The notes beneath the pieces were generated by a model. The model had not been told where the DNA came from and did not search any database. It saw nothing but the letters and a program-made list of their open reading frames with translations. This document shows, piece by piece, positions 42,020-64,000 of a stretch of 64,000 nucleotides of DNA. The translations under genes and the position numbers were made by a program. How positions within the stretch are numbered: position 1 is the stretch's first letter; each line of letters starts with the position of its first letter. Origin of the DNA: Octopus vulgaris (lineage: Eukaryota); assembly GCA_951406725.2 (NCBI GenBank), contig OX597826.1, positions 24,552,001 through 24,616,000 on the forward strand, read 5' to 3'.

Positions 42020-42362
42020 GTAACAGAGAGAGTGACCCCCTTTGGTCATGAATGACCATGAGATTGGTCCTTGAAAGTTATCCTTCGAAGTACAAGTCTG
42101 GGCGAGGTTGTTTAAGGAAGACCAGCAGTCACCCATGCATACCAGCGTCCCCTCTCCACACCACCGATGTTATCCAAGGGAAAGGCGAAACACAATACAG
42201 CTTGGCACCAGCGACTGACTCGTTTCTACAGCTGAGTGAACTGGTGTCACATGAAATAAAGTGTCTTGCTCAAGAACACAACGCACAGCCTGGTCCAGGA
42301 ATCAAACTCACTACCTCGTGATTGTGAGCCCGACGCTTGAACCACTGAGCCATGCGCCTTCA
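42020..42362 (-). mobile_element. tRNA-derived SINE (family C)
   Basis: The minus strand begins GGCGCATGGCTCAGTGGTT..GAGTTTGATTCC (A/B boxes). A related copy lies at about 51441-51752 (+). Confidence 0.75.
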
Positions 42363-44547
42363 GTCTGTAACAACATACCAAGAAAATAGAGGTGTTGTTA
42401 TGGGCATTGACTTTATCATGAGAATCTTGAGGATTTTTTTTTCTTAAGAGCAAAACTAAGCTGATGATGTCAATTGCAGTCCGAACAATTTTCATAAGTT
42501 TCTGTGATTATTATTATTTTTTTTACATTTTCAAAATTTTTTTAAAAATTCTAACTTTGCTCTTTTGCATATCATCTCTGTAATCAATCTCCTGTAAAAT
42601 AATGAGACATGGATCTGGAAGTAAACCTCGTTAAAAGGTTGTTGATGTATTTAATTAAACCACTTAAGCCGATGACCCAAAATGCAGTTTCAAAAGGATT
42701 TTTTTTTTCACCCTTGCTTCAATTTGTTTTTCTTTTTCTTTTTTTTTTTTCTAATTAAATAATTTCTCCTGATGAAATATTCTGGTTTTAACGAGTGAGT
42801 AAGTAAACCATTTGTGTTGTGGAATTTGTTGTTATTAGTGAGGTTAAGCTAGAAAAAGTGGCAGGCTGGCATAATCATTAGCAAGACTTCTTTTTTTATG
42901 TTCTCAGTTCAAATCCAACAGACAGCTTTGCCTGTTATCCTTTCAGGGTCAATAGAATAAGTAGCAATTGAGCAGTGGGGTCAATGTAATATACTAACCC
43001 CCAAAATTTCATGCCTAGTGCCCATAGTGGAAAGAATTATTATTATTAGGTCGTAGGCTGGCAGAATTGTTAACATGCTAGGCGAAATGCTTAGTGGCAT
43101 TTTGTCTGTCTTTACATTCTGAGTTCAAACTCTGCCACGGGCAAATTTGTCTTTCATCCTTTGGGGGGTCAATAAATTAAGTACCAGTTGCATATTGGGG
43201 TCAATCTAATCGACTGGTACCTTTTTCCCCCCAAAATTTCAGGCCTTGTGCCTATAGTAGAAAGGATTATTATTAAAGCAGCGAGCTGGCAGAATCGCTA
43301 GCATGCTGGGTGAAATGCTTAGCAATATTTTGTGTGCTGCTATGTTCTGAGTTCAAATTCCGCCGTAGTTAACTTTGCTTTCATCCTTTCAGGGTCAATA
43401 AAGTACCAGTGAAACACTGGGTTTTGGGTGAAATGCTTAGAAATATTTTGTGTGCCGCTATGTTCTGAGTTCAAATTCCACCATAGTCAACTTTGATTTC
43501 ATCCTTTCGGGGTCAATAAATTAAGTACCAGTGAAACACTGGGTTCGATGTAATTGACTAGTTCCCTCCCACCAAATTTCAGGCCTTGTGTCTTTAGTAG
43601 AAAGGATTTTTACAGAAAAGGACAGTGAACTGGCAGAATCATTTGACATGCCAAACAAAATGCTTTGCAGCATTTATTCCAGCTTTTTAAGTTCTGGGTT
43701 TAAATTCTGCTGTAATCAACCTTGCCTTTCATCTTTTTGGACTCTATAAAATAGGTACCAGTCATGTATTGGAGATCGAGGTCAGTGTAATTGAGTACCC
43801 CCCCTCCCCATAACATTTCCAGCCTTGTGACTATAATAGAATAATTATTATTTGTAAGGGTGGTAAGGCAGCAAAGCTGGTAGATTTGTTAACGTGCTAG
43901 GCAATATGCTTAGCAGCAATATTTAGTCCGTCTTTACATTCAAAGCTCAAATTCCTCCAAGGTTGACTTTGCCCTTCATTCTTTCAGGGGTGGGGGTCAA
44001 TAAAATAAGTACCAGTTGAGCACTGGAGTCAATGTAATCAACTTAACTCCGTCCCCGAAATTGCTGGCCTTGTGCCAAAATTTGAAACCATTTTTTTTTA
44101 CTGCCCACAAGGAGCTAAACATAGAGGGGACAAACAAAGACAAGGGGATTAAGTCAATTACATCGACCCGAGTGTGTAACTGGTACTTATTTAATCAATC
44201 CCCCCAAAAAGATAAGTCGACCTCAGAGGAATTTGAACTCAGCTTGATATACTGGCAGACAAAATACTGCTAAGCATTTTGCCTGGTATGCTAGCTCGCT
44301 GCCCTATATTTTGAAACCATTATTATTTGTAAGGTTGGTGGATGAGTAGAATTGCTAGAGCATCAGACAAAATACTTTTGCAGTAATAAATTACAGATCT
44401 TTATATTCTGGGTTCAGATTTTGTTGAGATCACCTTCATCCTTCCAGGGTTGACAAAATAAACTACCAGTCAAATCTACTAAACATGCTCTGGTACCAAA
44501 GTTACTGGCCTTGTATCTAAATTAGAAACAGTATTATTATTGGTAGT

Positions 44548-44830
44548 GGAGGTGCAATGGCCCACAGGTTAGGGCAGCGGACTTGCGGTCAGAGGATCGT
44601 GCTTTTGATTCCCAGACCGGGCGTTGTGTGTGTTTATTTAGCGAAAACACCTAAAAGCTCCACGAGGCTGTTGTACTCTTTCGCCCCAACTTTCTCACTC
44701 TTTCTTCCTGTTTCTTGAGTAACGCTGCGATGGATTGGCGTCCCATCCAGCTGGGGGGAACACATATGCCACAGAAACCGGGAAACCAGGCCCATGAACC
44801 TGGCTAGTCTTGAAAAAGGCGCATGAAAAT
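44548..44830 (+). mobile_element. tRNA-derived SINE (family D)
   Basis: GGAGGTGCAATGGCCC..GGTTAGGGCAGCGGACTTGCGGTC..GATTCCC head with an A-rich tail. Confidence 0.6.
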
Positions 44831-45949
44831 AAAAAAAAATTATTATTGGTAAGGTAGTGAACTGGCAGAGTCATTAGCGTATCAGACAAAATGCTTAGTG
44901 GCATTTTCCCTATCTCTTTACATCCTGAGCTGAAAGTCTGCTGAAGTCAACTTTGCTGTTCATCCTTTTTGGAGTTGATGTAATTGACTTACCCTTTAAA
45001 ATTGTTGTTCTTGTGCCTGTAGTAAAAAAGAATGATTGTTATGAGTTTTCAATTGATAAAAAGATGCCATTTTGCTCTTAAAAAAATTGTTCCTCTGTGG
45101 ATTTGGAAAATACACTTTTCAGCTTGATTTTTTAATGATTGTTAATTAACTGGGTAAAAGACAGAATTAACAAACTAATAATTTTTGTTAGTAGGAGGAA
45201 ACATTTAATATAACTTAGAAAATTGACAAGTCTTGTATATTCTTTTCTACTCCTAGGCATGAGGCCTGAAATTTTTGAGGAGGGGCCCAGTTGATTAGAT
45301 CGATCCCCAGTAAGCAACTGGTACTTAATTTATCAACCCTGAAAAGATAAAAAGCAAAGTTGAACTCAGTACGTAACAACAGATGAAATGCCACTAAGCA
45401 TTTCGCCTGGTCTGCTAACGTTTCTTATTTGTTTATTGCCCACAAGGGGCTAAACAAGAACAAAGGTATTAAGTCAATTACATCGACCCCAGTGGTATTT
45501 AGTTTATTGACCCTGAAAGGATGAAAGGCAAAGTCAACCTCGACGGAATTTGAACTCAGAACGTAACGGCAGACGAAATACCTATTTCTTTACTACCCAC
45601 AAGGGGCTAAACAAGGACAGGCATAGGTATTAAGTCGATTACATCGACCCCAGTGCGTAACTGGTACTTAATTTATCGACCCCGAAAGGATGAAAGGCAA
45701 AGTTGACCTCGGCGGAATTTGAACTCAGAACGTAATGGCAGATGAAATACCGCTAAGCATTTCACCAGGTGTGCTAACGTTTCTGCCAGCTCACCACCTT
45801 GTATATTCTTGTATATTCTCTAAGGAAAAAAACTATTTTAAATTAAAAAAAAATTCATATTTATATTTAAAAACAAAGTTTATGCATATGTGATGGGATG
45901 GTTGTCAACAAAAATAGTGGTGGTGGGAGTAGTAGTAGTTGTAGTAAAG

Positions 45950-46200
45950 TCGAGAGGTAACAAAACTTAAGGTTGGAAGTGAAAAGTATTCATAGAGCCT
46001 CAAAAGTGAGTGTGGTACCTATTGTGATTGGTACACTTGGAAGCACCTCAAAGAGAGCAATATTCTGGCATTGAAAGCTGAAGATACCAAACTTTACAGG
46101 AAGTATTCAGCAGTAATGCTTGGAACAGCTCATGTGTTTAGATAGATGCTGTCTCAAACTGCAGGATGGAACAGAGACATGACATAGATAAATCAAAAGT
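45950..46200 (+). mobile_element. 3' fragment of an RLE-type (R4/Dong-like) non-LTR retrotransposon
   Basis: LRLEVK..KVSVVPIVIGTLGS..MLGTAHVFR resembles the restriction-like endonuclease C-terminus. Confidence 0.65.
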
Positions 46201-46687
46201 TAAATGAAAATAATAATATATTTATAATAATCCTTTCTAATGTATGCACAAGGCCTGAAATTTTGAGGGAAGGGGTAAGTCGATTACATTGACCCCAGTA
46301 TACAACTGGTTCTTATTTTGTTAACGATGAAAGGCAAAGTTGACCGTAGCAGAATTTGAACACAGAATGTAAAAATGGGTGAAATACTGCTAAGCATTTT
46401 GCGCGGCGAGCTAACAATTCTGCCTGCTCACCACCTTGATAATAATTATAATCTTTTCTACTATAGACACAAGGCCTGAAATTTGGGGTGAGGGGTTAAG
46501 TTGATTACATTGACTCCAGTGCATAACTAGTACTTTATTTAGTCAACCCCAAAAGGATGAAAGGCAAAGTTGACCTTAGCGGAATTTGAACAGATAAAAT
46601 GCCACTAAGCATTTTACCCAGTATGCTAACGATTCTGCCAGCTCAACAACAGCAACAATAATAATAATTTTTGTGAAAATTGAAATA

Positions 46688-47010
46688 GGCGTAGGAGTGG
46701 CTATGTGGTAAGTAGCTTGCTTACCAACCACATGGTTCAGGGTTCAAGTCCCCCTGTGCGGCACCTTGGGCAAGTGTCTTGTGAGTGGATTTGGTAGATG
46801 GAAACTGAAAGAAGCCTGTCATATGTGTGTGTGTGTGTATATTTTTGTGTCTGTCACCCCAACATCGCTTGACCGATGCTGTTGTGTTTACATCCCTGTA
46901 ACTTAGTGGTTCGGCAAAAGAGACCGATAGAATAAGTACTAGTTGATTTGCTCGACTAAAGGTAGTACTCCAGCATGGCCACAGTCAAATGACTGAAACA
47001 AGTAAAAGAG
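46688..47010 (+). mobile_element. family A tRNA-SINE
   Basis: Same head and body as 57412-57790. Confidence 0.8.
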
Positions 47011-47315
47011 TACTTTTAAGAGTTGGCAGCATAGTTTGGCTGCCTGTACAGTGATTTTTACATATTTTCTTCTGAAGCAGTTTATCCAGTGGACTCTGAT
47101 GATGGCATGGTTAATCTGGCTGTTTTGCACCCTCATTTTTAATGACTAAGCTGTTGCAAAACCACAACTTAATCATGTCTGTAAAATTTTAAAAAATGGA
47201 CAACTGGACTAGTAACAACAACTGAGTGTTTCTCATTACTTTAAATAAAATAAAAATTGGCTTTTGCTTTTTTTTTTTCCTTTTTAAATACCTTGTTTTC
47301 ATTTCTATGTAAGGT

Positions 47316-49034
47316 ACATCATCATCATTTAACGTCCGTTTTCCATGCTGGCATGGGTTGGACAGTTTGACTGAGATCTGGAGAGCCAGCAGTTGCACTA
47401 GGCTCCAGACTGATCTGGCAATATTTCTACTAATGCCAACCACTCCAAGAATGTAGTGGGTGCATTTTACATAGCACTGGCATCGGCCATGTTTGGATGG
47501 TGCTTTTTACATGTCACCAGTACGGGAGCCAGCCAGGGGGTACTGGCATTGGCTACATTTGGATTGTGCTTTTTATGTGCCACTGGCATGAGAGGCAGTC
47601 AGGTGGACCCTGGCATCGACCACGTTCAGATGGTGCTTTTTATGTACCACCAGCACGGGGCACTGGCCACAGCTACGATTTTGGTTTTGACTTAACAGTT
47701 CTTCTCAAGCATATCATATTGACTGATGCATCAGGTGTACTCTTAACTGGGCTGGACATGCAATGCTGGCATTGGCTGCGATCTCACTTTAGTTGCTGGG
47801 TTTTCTCAATCACAGCATATCTCCAAAGGCCTTGGTCTCCTGTCACTGCCTCTGTGAGGCCTAATTTTTGATGGTCATGCTTCACCACTTCATCCCATGT
47901 CTTCCTGGGTCTACCTCTTCCACAGTTAGTGAGTGACACCTTCTCACACAGCTGTCTTCATCCATACGTAACATATGGCCATACCAGCACAGTCGTCGCT
48001 GTCTTGCACACCACATTTGATGCTTCTTACGCTCAACTATTCTCCCAGGACGCTTATACTCTGTCGTGTATGCACACTGACATTACACATCCAGCGGATC
48101 ATACCAGCTTCATTTCTTTCAAGCCCACGCATGTTCTCAGCAGTCTGGCCGTGTAGCATGGCAGTATCTGTGTGTGTGTGTGTGTTACTGTCTCCTTGCC
48201 TTGACATCACATAAGTTACAAACAAGTGTCACTGTCATGAGGGAAATATTACCTTACTTGGAAACAGGTGAGAGTTGGCAACAAGAAGTGTACCCTGCCT
48301 TCAACAAATTGTCTGACCCCATGCAAGTATGGAAAAGTGGACATTAAAAAATGATGAAGAGTAACATATATATACAAAAATACACACAAAGAATTATAAA
48401 AACAAGAGAAACTATATTTTAATTTCCAATATTTTTATTGTTATTATTATTATTATTCCTATATATATGTATTATATATAGAAACCAAGATAAAAATTAA
48501 AAAAAATAAGGCATTTCTCTGTTATTGTCTGATGTCTCTCTATCAAGCTTCCTGCTTGGCAAACATGGAATGCCGCTGACCAAAGACAAATAGAAAACAT
48601 TAAACTCTACTGGACTCTTTCAGACTTGACAACAACAGATCATTGCAGACAACACATAAATGATCATGGAGCGTGCATTGGTGGTAGTATTGATGGGGAA
48701 TGTGATGAGGACAACGACAATTATGATGATTTGAGTGTTGTTGGTTTGGGAATATATATCTTGCCTCAGCTCCAGTCAGCTTTACTTAAATACTAAAATG
48801 ACTAAATTAGCAATATGTAAGGGGAAAGAAAACAAATATTTATTGGATTTTTTTTAAAGCTTATTTAAGGGTTAGGCATGTTTTGATAAAAGAAAAAATT
48901 CTCTGACATTATGTACATATATATAAATATATATTGTAACCATGTTGGTTTGGGTTCAGTCCCACTGTGCAGCACCTTGGGCAAGTGTCTTCTATTATAG
49001 CCCCAGGAAAACCAATGCCTAATGAGTAAATTTG
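47316..49034 (+). repeat. 1.75-kb direct duplication, copy 2
   Basis: Matches 32911-34680 (offset about 14.35 kb) with three small deletions. Confidence 0.92.
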
Positions 49035-51194
49035 ATAGATGGAAACTGTGAAAACTTGTCAGGTGTGTCTGTCTGTCTGTGTCCCCATAACCCAGCAGTC
49101 TGGCAAAAGAGACTGATAAAATACCAGGTTAAATTTGTTTAACTAAATCTTTGGCACACCAGCTTGGCCACAAGCCAATGACTGAAACAAGTGAAAAAAA
49201 AAAAAGATATGAATTTATTATTCAATTGGCAATAATCTGCAACAAATACCAAATATTCTCAAGATGAACTGTGTTCATTAGCTGCAGATTAAAGAGTTTA
49301 GCCAACCCTATACAATTCTGTGTTGAAATGGTATTGCTGGTGGTGGAATTTATTTTGAGGTTATAGATAGTAAATGGATGAACTATGTGAGCGGAGGAGG
49401 CATGAAGAAATGTAAAATGAAACCGCTGAGGAATATTGATAGTTCTAGAAGACATCATTTGCCACGACATGCTGACCACATTTTTTTTTAATTAATCAGC
49501 ATAAGTCATTTAATTAATACCAGAATGAACTGACAGAGAAAAGTGATGGTTTTTTTTTTTTTTTAACGAAGCTTGTCTAAGTACAGGGACAAATATTATT
49601 TTTTTATTAGGAAAAAGAAAAGTGATACAGGTCAATCAGATCAACCTCTAGAATACATTACTGCCATGTTCGGAGGAATGAAGACAAAAGGAAAAAACAA
49701 AACAAAAAAAAAATGACCCCGTGTATGTAACTGAACTCAGAAGCTCGATACTGAAAGAGATTTAGTCTGGTAGCATGCCACTAAAATTAATAAAACCTGA
49801 CATGGTTTTTCTTTCTTAAGCATGAAAACAAATCTTGTAAACGGAAAGAGACAGGAGTCAAACGTATCAAAGCTACAAATATTTCTTATATATTGTTTCT
49901 TACACAATCATGATGTTCAAGATGTTTAGTCCCCAGGATAATCCTGATCAATCAGAGCTAAAATCAAAGGCATTCCACATGTGACCATCCCATCTTTTTT
50001 TTTTTTTTTGTCTTTCTAGGTACAGTACACCTAAGACCACATTATCATCTAATGTCCTTTTTCTAAGACAGAGTATGATTTGAAGATAATTTGGTTGCTA
50101 ATTCTAAAAGGTGGTGCAACCATATAAAAGCTTCTTTGTTGGTTCAAAACCCAATATATTTTAAGAGGTATGGAGGAGGGGGGGACAAGAATTTGGTAGT
50201 ATCAGTCTTTCTCAAAAGAACTAGCTCAATTTGTCAAGAATTTTCTGTTTTACAACAGTGTGTCAATCAGATAATAATAATAATTATTATGATGATGATG
50301 ATGATTTGCATTCATTAGCCACAAGACCAGTTATGTGGTGGTGGCCACATACAGTCATTTTAACACTAACATCTAACTGATACTTAATTCCTTGCAAACC
50401 CTGAAGATGAAAGGTGAAGTCAATCGTAATATACTAATTAAAACATAAATAAATTTTTAAAAAATTATATATAATTAGACATTTATTAATGATAGAACTA
50501 AAGTGTAGATGTGAGTTAACTGGGTAGAAGAAAAAAAAGAAAAAAATTATAAAATGACAACGCAAACAATGATAGACAAAAGGATGTTTTACATTTAAAA
50601 AAAAAAGTTTAATTCTCTATAAAACAGCAAGCATCACATCACATTTTCTGCCACTCATGGAGAAGGAAAATTACGAGGGAATACCTGTCCCCTTTCCTTT
50701 AATATGCATCCCAGCTTTCTTAATAATGCATTATGGTTTGGGTGCAAAATGAACAAAAAAAAATAACAGAAGAGTCAAGGGTTTACTATTTAAGTTGCTT
50801 TTTCAATAGGTAAACCTCAATGATTCAGTTTTAAATATGAACACTAGCACACACGCTTACATACACACAGGCGTACTGTCAGACGTGCACAAAACATAAT
50901 AAAAAAAAAAAAAAAGAAACGTAAATCCTGAAGCTTTTTTTTGTTTTTCTTTTTTCTTTCTTTTTTGTTGTTGGCTACTCAGTCTATTGAAGTGAAAATG
51001 AAGAGATGGGAAGAAAAAACAGAAGGTAAATAATGGCTGGAAGCAGAGACGAATTTAACAGGAGATGGCACCAGAGGAATGGAGTAGATGTATATTCTTC
51101 AGTTAAATGCAACTGAAATGCCAGGAGTTGACGAATCCAAAAAGTTCATGTTTATCACCAACGAAAAAGAAACTGTTCTATTATTTTTTTCCCT

Positions 51195-63531
<12,337 letters not shown>

Positions 63532-64000
63532 CTGGATAAAAACAAATACAATAAAATATGAATAAATTACAAACTGAAAATTTAATAGTTGCAAAGGTTT
63601 TTGAATGAGGTTAAGCAAATGTTTATACGAATAACTTGAGACAACTTAGAGAATCAGAAAATAGAGTTCTTAGATTGTAAGTAATATCTTTGTGTTAATA
63701 ATCAAGCTTCACTTCATACAGGACTTAGAATCTAATCTAATTTCGTTGTGTCCTGGATGTATCAACCCATGATGTGAAATGCACAGTCAGTGCATTAACA
63801 TTATATGCTAAATTAAGTTTTGACTGAGGCTTGTTTTGGTTAATGGCTGGTTGATTAAATCATTAAGTGACACTTGGAATCACAGCCAAAATTGATTTTA
63901 TAACAAATTAGACTCCAATTTTAATACTGAGTCTCTTCCATCAGTAAATTTTCATGTTGTTAATCTTAAGATTCTTATAAAAGAACAATTAAAAGATTAA

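Larger units (their letters stand above)
42860..46650. mobile_element. dense cluster of at least 12 family B tRNA-SINE copies or fragments
   Basis: Repeated GAGCTGGCAGAA..GAGTTCAAATT..GCCTTTCATCCTTT..AAGTACCAG..CAGGCCTTGTG. Mostly + to about 45030, then - from about 45240. Confidence 0.9.

Noticed and set aside
42860-46650. tRNA-like A/B boxes
   Set aside because: These are SINE heads without complete cloverleafs; no true tRNA gene is called.

Overview
AT-rich, repeat-dense animal genomic DNA. The SINE, RTE and microsatellite content suggests an octopus (inference). Three spliced host genes can be reconstructed with phase-consistent GT-AG exons. (1) NFXL1, minus strand: ATG 16409, 7 coding exons down to 2444, continuing off the left edge. 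(2) UBE3A/E6AP, plus strand: only the last 3 HECT exons (32658-36263). Its 5' part is absent, next to a 100-N gap at 25117-25216. (3) ISWI/SMARCA5, minus strand: the last 8 exons (63531-51195). Mobile DNA includes a compact 4.1-kb LTR retrotransposon with a 5-bp TSD, two opposed RTE LINEs, mariner remnants and MITEs, a non-autonomous Helitron, TTAA MITEs, many tRNA-SINEs and a 3.6-kb (TA)n tract. The most notable observations are: the LTR element's non-canonical PBS, which matches the 5' end of tRNA-Phe; its GGGAAAC plus pseudoknot gag-pol frameshift signal; Penelope-type minimal hammerhead ribozyme motifs near the gap and (TA)n tract; a 1.75-kb repeat-primed templated duplication; and inverted repeats able to form dsRNA. 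Homology calls are from recalled sequences, not database searches.
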